The notes below the pieces were generated by a model. That model saw only the letters and a list, made by a program, of their open reading frames with translations. It was not told where the DNA came from and ran no database searches. The translations under genes and the position numbers were made by a program. Positions 8,637 through 17,702 of a stretch of DNA of 64,000 bases are shown here, in pieces. Positions within the stretch are counted from its first letter, which is position 1. Each line of letters opens with the position of its first letter. Source of the DNA: Patescibacteria group bacterium (lineage in GTDB: Bacteria; Patescibacteriota; Minisyncoccia; UBA6257; Colwellbacteraceae); NCBI GenBank assembly GCA_023380305.1, contig JAMCQZ010000005.1:14902-78901 (forward strand), given 5' to 3'.

Positions 8637-11609
8637 CTAAGACATCATCTGCCTTAAAGCGCAATAAGGGCAATCCTTGTCCTCGCATTTTCTATCCCAA
8701 AAGTCGAGGTTGAGGATTTCGTCGGCAGTCCGGAGCACGAGTCCTTTGAGATTTTCCGTATCCTCGTCGCCAATCGTAAATCTCTCCCGGCGGTAAACTC
8801 CCTTCTGGTCCGGCTCGACAAAATCGACGTCGGCGTATTCCAGGCGGTATTTGGCGCTTTTAAAATTGTCTAAAAGTAGCTTATAAAAGACGAGTTGGCG
8901 CTTGATGTCTCCCCGCGAATCTTTGGTCGTCCCCTCGATCTGCCCCCGCGTTTTCGGACGGCCGGTCTTGAAATCAACGACGCCCACTCCGGCGCCGGAA
9001 CCGATCATGTCCATCCGGTCTATCTTGCCGTTGATTTTCACGTCTTTCGCGAGCTCGATGCCTTTAATATTGAACTCCAAAAGAGAGTTTCTCGGCCAGG
9101 TTCCCGCATACTTGTCGTAATATCCTTCCAGTGATTTTCTACCTTTCTCCAGACTCGCCTCGAAATCCTTTTCGCTCAAGGGTTCTTTTTTCAGATGATA
9201 GACAAATCTGTCGATAAAGAAATCCTTGTCCGCCGGATTCTCGCGCATGGCGCTGAAAAAATCCCGAAGCGCTCCGTGAACGGCTGTTCCGTACATCTGG
9301 TGTTTGGTTTTTGCTTTGGGAATTCGGAAAAGATTGGTGTAAAAATATTCCCAAGGACAGGCTAAATAGTTGTTCAAAGCCGTTACCGAAAGACCGTTCC
9401 TCAAAAAAAGCTCCCGGATAAAATCCTTGTCTTTGACACTTATTTTCGGCCAAGAAGATTTTTCGAAGATCAGCTCGCGATGGCTATCAAAATGGTTTTC
9501 AAATTCCTTGACGTCGAGTTTGTCGACAAGCGCCGGATCGATTTCAGTAACGAACTGCGACGGCAGCTGTTCGCGGCCGTCGGCGCCGGTCTTCGAATAT
9601 GAAATCATCGCCTCTTTCTTGGCCCGAGTAAGCGCCACGTAGAAAAGCCGGCGTTCGTCATCCAAGCTGTCCGCGGCGCCGAGGTCGCGGCTCAAAAGCG
9701 AGAATATCCTCGGCGGTAATGGTAGATAATTCGGCTTGCGCTTGTTTCCCCAATGGCCGTCGCGGGCGTCGATAATATAGACGCAGTCGAACTCCTGTCC
9801 TTTGGATTTATGGGCGGTCATTAGTCTTACGCCCTTGGCGAGCCTGGCCATGTTCCCTTTTTTTAGGAGCACGTTGTGTTCAGCGAGCATCTCAAGGTAT
9901 TCCAAAAAATCCCGGAGTCTGGCCGATTTATGCTTTTCCAAAAACTCCTTCATCTCCCGGAAAAGTCCGGAAACCTTGTCCATCTCTTCGATGACGTTGT
10001 CTCCCTGAAGCACAGCCGAAAGAAAACCCGATTCCCTGGCGACGGTTTCAAAAAGCTCGGTTAAATACTTGTTCCGACTCAAGGTAAACCAGCGCGACAT
10101 TTTTCCGAAAAAATCAAGGACGATTTCCGGAGAGACAAGACCGATCGACTCAAGCGCTTCCGCGTCGCGGCTCAAATCGAAAACCGATATCTTGTTCCGG
10201 TTCGCGTGTTCGATCAATTTGTAAACGTCGATGGGCGGAATCCGCAAAAAATCGATGTGCATCGCCTCGATGAATTTTTCCTGATCGCCGAACCGGTCGA
10301 CGGCCTGGAGCAGCAGAACGATCTTCCGGATATCGAGATCGGATAAAATGTCCTGGTCGGATTCGATGATATAGGGAACGCCGGCCTTGTCCAAGGCCTC
10401 GGCTACCGGAAAGGCATCCTTGTTTTCCCTGTAGAGCACGGCGATTTCGTTCGGCGCGGCGCCGGCATCCATCTTCTTCTTTATTTCTTCGGCCACGAAC
10501 CGGTTTTCTGTCTCGGGTTTTATGAATTCGCAAAGGCTTATTTTCTTTTCCGGATGCCCGGCTTTCGCCTGGAGTTTCTTTTCCCCGGCGATCAAGCTTT
10601 CGGCGCTCGACAATATCGACTGGGTGGAACGATAGTTTTCTTCGAGCGTTACCAGCCTGGCCCCGGGATACAACGACTTGAAATATAAGAAATTTTCGAT
10701 GCTCGCGCCCTGGAAACGGAAAATCGCCTGCTTTTCGTCGCCGACTACAAAGATGTTTGGATTTTCATGAAAATTGCAAAGCAGTTCCAAAATCCTGTTC
10801 TGGCTGTTGTTGGTGTCCTGGTGTTCGTCGACCAAAACGTACTGGTATTCTTCCTGAAGCCGGAGCAACAAATCGCTATTTTTTTCGAGCGTCCGCAAAA
10901 CTTCCATAATCATATCGCTGTAATCGTAGAGCTTGTCTTTGCGCAACCGCTCCTCATATTTTCCGTAGAAAAGCACCAGATCCTTGTTCTTGCTTATCCG
11001 CCGCGACAAGTCCTGGTATTTTCCTTTCATTTTTCCCTTGTGCGGACCCTTCTCGTAAATCAAGTCGTCGATTTTTTCGAAATTCGCGGCTTCTTCGGCA
11101 ACGGCTTCCTCAAATTTTTCGACGGTTACCCCTTCGCGCTTCAGCTCATTCAAAGCGGCGATGATAGGTCGAAGATAATAGAAAACGTCGCCGAACGGCT
11201 TCAGCTCTCGAAGCGGCAGGCTATCGATGAGCTCTTCGACGATCTTGATCTGGTCGACTTCGTTGATGTTTTTCGAACCGATAATCATCGAAAACTCCTC
11301 CGGATAATCTTTGATGATGTCGTTGCAGAATCCGTGAAAGGTTTTGATATAGACCCCGTAAGCCGGGCTGCCGACAAACTCGATTAGGCGTTTACGCATC
11401 GAGGCCACACCCGCTTCGGTGAAAGTGAGAGCCAGGACGTTCTCCGGTTCGGTGTCGGTCCGGCGCAAAATGTTGGCTATTCTCAAGGTTAAAATCTGGG
11501 TCTTTCCCGTGCCAGGGCCAGCTATTACCATTACCGGACCCTCAATCGCGTCTACGGCCTGTTTTTGGGCCAAATTAAGGCATTTATAAGCGGTTTCGAA
11601 GCTCGTCAT
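8637..11609 (-). CDS. UvrD/REP-family helicase fused to C-terminal PD-(D/E)XK nuclease (AdnA/B-like)
   Basis: AGPGTGKT, VDEHQD, GDEKQAIFRF, ENYRS, TAHKSKG, YVALTRA; C-terminal GKIDR..VDFKTG with Cys staple (CPW...CEDKDCPYC). Confidence 0.92.
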   Translation of the reverse strand: MTSFETAYKCLNLAQKQAVDAIEGPVMVIAGPGTGKTQILTLRIANILRRTDTEPENVLALTFTEAGVASMRKRLIEFVGSPAYGVYIKTFHGFCNDIIKDYPEEFSMIIGSKNINEVDQIKIVEELIDSLPLRELKPFGDVFYYLRPIIAALNELKREGVTVEKFEEAVAEEAANFEKIDDLIYEKGPHKGKMKGKYQDLSRRISKNKDLVLFYGKYEERLRKDKLYDYSDMIMEVLRTLEKNSDLLLRLQEEYQYVLVDEHQDTNNSQNRILELLCNFHENPNIFVVGDEKQAIFRFQGASIENFLYFKSLYPGARLVTLEENYRSTQSILSSAESLIAGEKKLQAKAGHPEKKISLCEFIKPETENRFVAEEIKKKMDAGAAPNEIAVLYRENKDAFPVAEALDKAGVPYIIESDQDILSDLDIRKIVLLLQAVDRFGDQEKFIEAMHIDFLRIPPIDVYKLIEHANRNKISVFDLSRDAEALESIGLVSPEIVLDFFGKMSRWFTLSRNKYLTELFETVARESGFLSAVLQGDNVIEEMDKVSGLFREMKEFLEKHKSARLRDFLEYLEMLAEHNVLLKKGNMARLAKGVRLMTAHKSKGQEFDCVYIIDARDGHWGNKRKPNYLPLPPRIFSLLSRDLGAADSLDDERRLFYVALTRAKKEAMISYSKTGADGREQLPSQFVTEIDPALVDKLDVKEFENHFDSHRELIFEKSSWPKISVKDKDFIRELFLRNGLSVTALNNYLACPWEYFYTNLFRIPKAKTKHQMYGTAVHGALRDFFSAMRENPADKDFFIDRFVYHLKKEPLSEKDFEASLEKGRKSLEGYYDKYAGTWPRNSLLEFNIKGIELAKDVKINGKIDRMDMIGSGAGVGVVDFKTGRPKTRGQIEGTTKDSRGDIKRQLVFYKLLLDNFKSAKYRLEYADVDFVEPDQKGVYRRERFTIGDEDTENLKGLVLRTADEILNLDFWDRKCEDKDCPYCALRQMMS

Positions 11610-11626
11610 TGTCTTAAATATAACCC

Positions 11627-11655
11627 AAAAAAGCGGCTTCCGGAAGCCGCTTTTC
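11627..11655 (-). terminator. rho-independent terminator after typA
   Basis: AAAAGCGGCTTCCGGAAGCCGCTTTT perfect inverted repeat. Confidence 0.8.
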
Positions 11656-11667
11656 GGAGGTCTTCGA

Positions 11668-13497
11668 TTAGCCCTGGTCGAGCTTCTGCTTTTCCTCCCT
11701 TTCCGCCTTGCGGCGATCGTTTTCAGTCAGATATTTTTTCCTGATCCTCACGCTTTTCGGAGTGATCTCCACGAGCTCATCGTCATGAATATAATCCAGG
11801 GCGTCTTCCAGGGTGAGCTTCAAGGGAACCTCGAGCTGATCCTGCAACCCCTCGTTCTTGGCGCGGAAATTAGTGAGTTCCCTCTGCCGGCAGACGTTCA
11901 CCAGTTCGTCCCGGGATTTGGCGTTTTCGCCGATAACCATGCCTTCATAGACCTCGACCCCCGCTCCCATGAAAAGTTTTCCCCTTCCCTGGGCGCTCAC
12001 CAAACCGTAATTGTTGGTGGTGCCGGTTTCGGTCGTGATGATCGAACCGTGGGGATTTTCCGGAAGATCCCCTTTATAAGGTTCGTAACCGGAAAAAAGG
12101 GTGTTCATGATACCCAACCCCTTGGTGTTCGTCATAAATTCGTTCCTGACGCCGATGAGGCCCCTTGTCGGGATTTCAAAATCCATTTTGGTCGTATGGT
12201 TATCGACACCCATGTCTTTCATCTTTCCGAGACGCTTTCCCATCATCTCGATGACCACTCCTGCAAATTCCTCAGGGACCTCGACTGAGACAAGCTCGAT
12301 CGGTTCGGTAAGTCCGGCTTCGCTTTCTTTAAAAATAACCTGGGGTTTGGAAACTTCGAGCTCGTATCCCTCGCGCCGCATTTTTTCGATAAGAATGGCA
12401 AGGTGCAGTTCGCCCCGACCGGAAACGATCCAACGATCGGTTTTATCCGTGTCCTCCACCTTCAAAGCGACATCTGTTTCAAGCTCCTTCGTCAGCCTTT
12501 CCTTGATATTTCGCGAAGTGGTGTACTCCCCTTCCAGGCCAGCAAAGGGCGAAGTATTCACTCCAAAAGTCATCTTGATAGTCGGCTCGTCGATATGGAT
12601 GACGGCTAGAGCTTTCGGATTTTCCAGGGCGGCGATGGTCTCGCCGATCGAGATTTCCGGAATGCCGGAAACGGCGACGATCTCTCCAGCGTCGGCTTCG
12701 GGAACGTCGATCCGGTTAAGGCCGTCAAAAAGCATAACATTCCCAATCTGGGCTTTTTTGATTTCGCCTCGGCGGTTGATATGGCTGACCCACATGCCTT
12801 TTTTCAAGACGCCGGAATAAAGCCGGCCGACAGCGATGCGGCCGCGATAATTGTCGTATTGAAGGTTGACCGTAAGCATCTGGAGCGGCTCGTTTTTTTC
12901 CGCCTTGGGAGCAGGGATGTATTCCATAATCGCCTCGAAGAGAGGTTCGACGTTTTTCATGACGCTCAAATCCGGCTCGGTCCCGGCTTTGCCAGCGACC
13001 GCCGAAGCGTAAATCACGGGGAAATCGATCTGTTCGTCGGTCGCTCCGAGCTCGATGAAAAGATCGTAGGTGGCATTCAGCGCCCAATTTGACCTCGCGT
13101 CCGGCTTGTCTATCTTATTGATGACGACGATGATCTTGTGTCCAGCCTCGATCGCCTTCCGCAAAACGAACTTGGTTTGCGGCATCGGACCCTCTTTGGC
13201 GTCGATCAATAAAATGGCGCCATCGACCATCCTCATGATGCGTTCCACCTCCCCGCCGAAATCGGCGTGTCCGGGAGTATCCACGATGTTGATCTTCGCC
13301 TCTTTGTACCTGATCGAGGCGTTTTTGGAAAAAATGGTGATGCCCCTTTCCCGCTCGAGTTCGTTCGAATCCATGATGAGATCCGTCGGGTTGTCGGTTT
13401 TAATCTTGAAGTTTTCGGATTGCTTTAATAAGGCATCGACCAAAGTGGTCTTGCCGTGATCAACGTGAGCAATAATGGCGATGTTTCTTAAATCCAT
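11668..13497 (-). CDS. typA: translational GTPase TypA/BipA
   Basis: RNIAIIAHVDHGKTTLVD, DTPGHADFGGEVER, GRGELHL, ELVEITPKSVRIRK. Confidence 0.97.
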   Translation of the reverse strand: MDLRNIAIIAHVDHGKTTLVDALLKQSENFKIKTDNPTDLIMDSNELERERGITIFSKNASIRYKEAKINIVDTPGHADFGGEVERIMRMVDGAILLIDAKEGPMPQTKFVLRKAIEAGHKIIVVINKIDKPDARSNWALNATYDLFIELGATDEQIDFPVIYASAVAGKAGTEPDLSVMKNVEPLFEAIMEYIPAPKAEKNEPLQMLTVNLQYDNYRGRIAVGRLYSGVLKKGMWVSHINRRGEIKKAQIGNVMLFDGLNRIDVPEADAGEIVAVSGIPEISIGETIAALENPKALAVIHIDEPTIKMTFGVNTSPFAGLEGEYTTSRNIKERLTKELETDVALKVEDTDKTDRWIVSGRGELHLAILIEKMRREGYELEVSKPQVIFKESEAGLTEPIELVSVEVPEEFAGVVIEMMGKRLGKMKDMGVDNHTTKMDFEIPTRGLIGVRNEFMTNTKGLGIMNTLFSGYEPYKGDLPENPHGSIITTETGTTNNYGLVSAQGRGKLFMGAGVEVYEGMVIGENAKSRDELVNVCRQRELTNFRAKNEGLQDQLEVPLKLTLEDALDYIHDDELVEITPKSVRIRKKYLTENDRRKAEREEKQKLDQG

Positions 13498-13557
13498 GGT
13501 TCAAAATAATAAAAAAGGCCTCTTTTGGTCGATCAGTGGCCTTTTTGACGCTTTTAA

Positions 13558-13586
13558 ATAATACAATATTTTTGACGAAATTGCAA
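13558..13586 (-). promoter_or_regulatory. sigma-70 promoter of typA
   Basis: Minus strand reads TTGCAA-17 nt-TATTAT. Confidence 0.6.
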
Positions 13587-13610
13587 GCCGGAAGCGGATA
13601 TGGCCGCTAA

Positions 13611-13638
13611 AAAATCGCCCCCTCACAAGGCGATTTTC
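13611..13638 (-). terminator. rho-independent terminator after ftsX
   Basis: AAAATCGCC...GGCGATTTT inverted repeat. Confidence 0.6.
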
Positions 13639-13715
13639 TAGTTTTTTATTACTCCGCTCATTATAACAGATCTCTCGCGTTGAGAAAACCCGTACAGCGG
13701 TATTTATCCACAGGC

Positions 13716-14624
13716 CTAAACCTCAAGATATTTTCGGATGACGATGACGCTCGAGATGACGCCGATGCCGACTCCAAAAAGAAGGTTGTATCCCAGGAGT
13801 TTAAAGAACGATCCCATAAAGAATCCCCAAAGGCTCATCCCCGGGATGAAGACGGCCACATAGGGCGAAGCCGCGTAGATGAAAGGCGCCGACAAGATCA
13901 TGGCGAGAAGGACGGCGATGATCCCGTAGATGACGCCGACGATAATGTACGGTCCCCTGATAAAAGCGTTCGAAGCGCCGACCAGACGCATGATGCCGAT
14001 TTCCTCCTTATTGGAATAAATGGCAAGCAGAATAGTGTTGAAAGAAATGATGATGGCGACAATGGCAAAAGCCAGGGTGAGCACCGCGGCCGTCCGGCGA
14101 CCGAGGCTCAAAATCTTGGCGAGCCGGTCGATAACCACTTGGTTTTGGCTGTAACTCACTTCTTGGATAACGCTTTTCGAAGAGTCGTTCTCAAGGAAGG
14201 AAGCGATAAGCGAATATTGGTTCGGATTTTTAGCTTTGATGTTCAAGGAAGCGCGCAAAGGATTTTCTTCAAGTTCGCCGATCGCCTGGGAAATAGTCGG
14301 ATCGTCGGCGTGCCGCTCTTTGAAAAGCTCCAGGGCCTCGTCTTTGGAGATATAATCCACCGACTTTACCTCGGATAACGTAAGCAGGGCCTCTTTCAGT
14401 TTCAATATCTCATCTTCCGGAGCGTTCGAAACGAAATAAACGCTGATGTCTATCTTGTCCTGGACGGCGTTGATGGCCTGCTTGCCGATCTCGCCGAAAA
14501 TAACCATCCCCTGGAAGACGACAACCGCGAGAAGGAGCACGAGGATGGTGGCGAAAGAAACCAGGTTGTTCCTCCAGAAATTTTGAAAGCCGTATTTTAT
14601 GATGCGAGCAAGAGTGGTGAACAT
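13716..14624 (-). CDS. ftsX: cell division permease FtsX
   Basis: Four TM segments, YISKDEAL, ENPL, EIGIMRLVGAS..FIRGP; follows ftsE. Confidence 0.93.
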   Translation of the reverse strand: MFTTLARIIKYGFQNFWRNNLVSFATILVLLLAVVVFQGMVIFGEIGKQAINAVQDKIDISVYFVSNAPEDEILKLKEALLTLSEVKSVDYISKDEALELFKERHADDPTISQAIGELEENPLRASLNIKAKNPNQYSLIASFLENDSSKSVIQEVSYSQNQVVIDRLAKILSLGRRTAAVLTLAFAIVAIIISFNTILLAIYSNKEEIGIMRLVGASNAFIRGPYIIVGVIYGIIAVLLAMILSAPFIYAASPYVAVFIPGMSLWGFFMGSFFKLLGYNLLFGVGIGVISSVIVIRKYLEV

Positions 14625-14640
14625 TTGAAATATTCTGAAA

Positions 14641-15321
14641 TTAAGTAAGGATGTATTTCCCTTTGTCTTCGTCGCGGATGATCATACCGTCGTCCAGGCT
14701 GATCACCCGACGCTCGAGCTGGTTGACGATGTCTTTGTTATGGGTGGCGAGAAGCACCGTGGTGCCGAGCTCGTTTATTTTAAGAAGAAGGTTGATGATG
14801 CCCCAGGTGTTTACCGGATCAAGGTTGCCGGTCGGTTCGTCGGCGATGATGACATCCGGCTGGTTAACCATCGCCCGAGCGATGGCCACCCTTTGGCGCT
14901 CGCCGCCGGAAAGCTCGTGAACGTAGTTGCTCATCTTCTTGCCGAGGCCGACAAGCTCGAGGGCTTGGGGCGCAGCTTCCTCGATATCCTCTTCGGACCG
15001 GCCGGCCACTTCCATGGCAAAAACCACGTTCTCGTACGCGGTTTTTCTCGGCAACAATTTGAAATCCTGGAAAATAATGCCCATATGCCGCCTCACCGCA
15101 GGCAGCTCCTGGCTTTGAAGCTTGTTGATTTCGTAGGGCCCGAAAACGATCCTGCCCTTGTCCGGTTTGTCTTCGCCAATCAAAAGCCTGACCAAAGTCG
15201 ATTTGCCGGCTCCGGAACGACCAACCAAAGAGACGAATTCTTTCGGCTCTATCTTGAAACTGACATCTCTCAAGACCTCATGGTGATTGTAGGTCTTTGA
15301 AACATTGCTGAAGGTAATCAC
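14641..15321 (-). CDS. ftsE: cell division ATP-binding protein FtsE
   Basis: GRSGAGKST, IFQDFKLL, LSGGERQRVAIARA, ADEPTGNLDP. Confidence 0.95.
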   Translation of the reverse strand: MITFSNVSKTYNHHEVLRDVSFKIEPKEFVSLVGRSGAGKSTLVRLLIGEDKPDKGRIVFGPYEINKLQSQELPAVRRHMGIIFQDFKLLPRKTAYENVVFAMEVAGRSEEDIEEAAPQALELVGLGKKMSNYVHELSGGERQRVAIARAMVNQPDVIIADEPTGNLDPVNTWGIINLLLKINELGTTVLLATHNKDIVNQLERRVISLDDGMIIRDEDKGKYILT

Positions 15322-15326
15322 TTTTT

Positions 15327-16046
15327 TTAGCTTTGACTTAATTTTAACTCGGCTTCGATAAACGTATCAAGATCGCCCTCGAGCACTTCGTCCGCCCGTC
15401 TTGACTCCGCCTTCGTCCTGTGATCCTTGACCAATTTGTACGGATGAAGAGTATAGGACCGGATTTGTCTGCTCCACTCGGGGACAACCTTGACCCGCAA
15501 GTTGTCGAGAGTGGTTTCCCGACGATCTTCCATTAATTTGGCCAATTTAGATTTTAAAAGAATCAAAGCCCGTTCTTTGTTTTGAACCTGGGAGCGCTCG
15601 GCTTGAGAAACGGCCACGAGTCCGGTCGGCAGATGGACCAACCGCACGGCGGTCTCCACTTTGTTGACGTTCTGACCGCCGGGACCGGAAGAACGGAAAA
15701 ACTCCGTCTTTAAATCGCTTTCCGGAATTCTTATTTTGTCCGCTTCGAATTTTTTAAGCTCAGGTAAGACTTCGACGAGCGCGAAAGAAGTGTGCCTCAA
15801 TTTTTTGGCGTCGTAGGGAGAAATGCGCACCAGCCGGTGCACTCCGGACTCGTTTTTCAACGTGTTGTAAGCTCCCGATCCCTCGATCTCGATGACGTTG
15901 TCGTGCAGCTCCCTCGACTTCCAGCCGCGTCTTTTGACGTAGCCTTCATACATCTTGATGAGCATCCGCGCCCAATCCTTGGCGTCGTCTCCTCCGACTC
16001 CAGGAAGAGCGGAAATGGTGATTGTCTGGTTTGGTAATGAATCCAT
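15327..16046 (-). CDS. prfB: peptide chain release factor 2, lacking N-terminal domain 1
   Basis: DWARML..MY, ESGVHRLVRISPY, RHTSFA, GPGGQNVNK, QIRSY.LHPY..VKDHRT. Confidence 0.8.
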   Translation of the reverse strand: MDSLPNQTITISALPGVGGDDAKDWARMLIKMYEGYVKRRGWKSRELHDNVIEIEGSGAYNTLKNESGVHRLVRISPYDAKKLRHTSFALVEVLPELKKFEADKIRIPESDLKTEFFRSSGPGGQNVNKVETAVRLVHLPTGLVAVSQAERSQVQNKERALILLKSKLAKLMEDRRETTLDNLRVKVVPEWSRQIRSYTLHPYKLVKDHRTKAESRRADEVLEGDLDTFIEAELKLSQS

Positions 16047-16071
16047 GATAAAACGGTTATTCTGCCCTCTG

Positions 16072-16143
16072 AGCCGAAGGTGAGATTTGAACTCACGACC
16101 TTTGCTTTACGAAAGCACTGCTCTACCACTGAGCTACTCCGGC
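16072..16143 (-). tRNA. tRNA-Thr(CGT)
   Basis: GCCGGAG/CTTCGGC acceptor stem, D-arm GCTCAGTGGTAGAGC, anticodon loop TTCGTAA, T-loop GTTCAAATC; CCA not encoded. Confidence 0.93.
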
Positions 16144-16219
16144 TCGGAAGGAGGAATAACGGATAAAATCGCTTTAATTAATTCCAATATAGAGTAATAT
16201 AAATGTATTATAGCATCAA

Positions 16220-16924
16220 ATGCCAGACATCCTCGAAGTCAAGAATTTGTCCGTCGCTTTCGGACAGATAAAGATTCTCTCTCATCTGAGCTTTTCCGTC
16301 AAAGAAGCGAGTACGCTCGCGGTCATCGGCCCGAACGGCGCCGGTAAAACCCTTCTTTTTCGAGCCCTGATTGGCGCTGAAAGGCATTCCGGCGAGGTGG
16401 TCTGGAAACCGGGTATCAAAATCGGCTACATCCCCCAGAAACTCGATCTCGAGAGGGATCTTCCGGTAACGGCCCTCGAGCTTTTAATGGCCAAGGCGGC
16501 CATTGTGAAGCTCGGCGCGAAACACGTCGACGAATCCCTGAAACTTGTCGATCTTCCGATAAAGGACGCCCGGCAGCCGATCGGCAATCTCTCCGGCGGC
16601 CAATTCCAACGGGCGCTCATCGCTTTCGCGCTCATCGGCGAACCCGAAGTCCTGCTCTTCGACGAACCGACTGCCGGTGTTGACGCGCCCGGCCAGGAGA
16701 AAATCTACGAGCTTACGAACCGCCTTAAAAAAGAAAAACACCTGACGGTCATCATTATTTCCCACGATTTGAGCCTAGTTTACGAATACGCCGACGAAGT
16801 GCTTTGCCTGAATCGCGAGAAGATTTGTTTTGGTAAACCCCAAGAGGTCTTGGAACCCCAAGCCCTGGAAAAACTCTACGGTTCGCCGCACAAGTATTAT
16901 ATCCATAATGACCATCGAAACTAG
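16220..16924 (+). CDS. Zn/Mn ABC transporter ATP-binding protein (ZnuC-like)
   Basis: GPNGAGKT, IGYIPQK, LSGGQFQR, DEPTAGVD, SHDL, His-rich tail. Confidence 0.9.
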   Translation: MPDILEVKNLSVAFGQIKILSHLSFSVKEASTLAVIGPNGAGKTLLFRALIGAERHSGEVVWKPGIKIGYIPQKLDLERDLPVTALELLMAKAAIVKLGAKHVDESLKLVDLPIKDARQPIGNLSGGQFQRALIAFALIGEPEVLLFDEPTAGVDAPGQEKIYELTNRLKKEKHLTVIIISHDLSLVYEYADEVLCLNREKICFGKPQEVLEPQALEKLYGSPHKYYIHNDHRN

Positions 16925-17675
16925 CTATCTTTTGCTTTCCGTTTTTATCGCCGCCGCCGCCGGCTTGGTCGGCTGCTTCGCGCTTATGAAAAAAATGACC
17001 TTGGCTTCGGACGCCTTCAGCCACATCGCCCTGCCTGGACTCGGCATCGCCATTCTTTTGAAAATAAATCCGCTTATCGGCGGCGCCGCCGCTCTGATGA
17101 TCGGCGGATTGCTTGTCTGGCTCATCGAAAATCGCACTAGGATTTCCTCCGAAGCGGTCATCGGCGTCATTTTCTCGGCGAGCCTCGCCGTCGGCAGCTT
17201 AATCACCCCGAGGGAAGATTTGATCGAAGCGCTCTTCGGCGGACTTCAAGCGATCAACCCGCTCGAGTTTGTCATTGCCGCCCTCATCAGCTTGGCGATC
17301 ATCGCTTTTATTCTCAAAAACAAGGAAAGGCTGGTCGTCTCCCTGATTTCCCGAGACCTGGCCGCCACCTCGGGCATCAGCACCGAAAGACTGAACTTCT
17401 ATTTTCTCCTTTTTTTCAGCCTGACCATCATCCTCGGCCTTCGATATTCGGGTGTGCTCCTTATGGGATCGCTCATCATCGTTCCGGCGGCGGCAGCCAA
17501 ATACCTGAGCCGCAGCTTGAAGGGCATGCTCGCCACCTCCACTGTTATCTCCGTCGTTTCCACCATCTCCGGACTTTTGCTCGCCTCCAAATTCAATCTG
17601 ACGGCCGGACCGATCATCGTCATCATCGCCGCTGCCGCCTTTTTCGCCGGATTGGTTTTAAAACCAAAAGACTGA
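16908..17675 (+). CDS. Zn/Mn ABC transporter permease (ZnuB-like, ABC-3)
   Basis: SDAFSHIALPG, GVLLMGSLIIVPAAAA, multi-TM; overlaps the ATPase stop codon. Confidence 0.9.
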   Translation: MTIETSYLLLSVFIAAAAGLVGCFALMKKMTLASDAFSHIALPGLGIAILLKINPLIGGAAALMIGGLLVWLIENRTRISSEAVIGVIFSASLAVGSLITPREDLIEALFGGLQAINPLEFVIAALISLAIIAFILKNKERLVVSLISRDLAATSGISTERLNFYFLLFFSLTIILGLRYSGVLLMGSLIIVPAAAAKYLSRSLKGMLATSTVISVVSTISGLLLASKFNLTAGPIIVIIAAAAFFAGLVLKPKD

Positions 17676-17702
17676 CGGATCCGCCAGACAGCCGGTGGTT
17701 TT

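Noticed and set aside
8637-9400. Cas4-like nuclease suggesting a CRISPR or defence locus
   Set aside because: It is the C-terminal nuclease domain of a UvrD-family repair helicase, a common fusion
15327-16046. PrfH-RtcB2 ribosome repair pair with rtcB at 369-1772
   Set aside because: The genes are about 13.5 kb apart, the RtcB is the long archease-associated type, and the factor keeps RF2 signatures including the C-terminal QIRSY..HPY..VKDHRT
16195-16219. Possible Zur box upstream of the metal ABC genes
   Set aside because: Only a weak AT-rich partial palindrome; spacing does not fit known Zur consensus sequences
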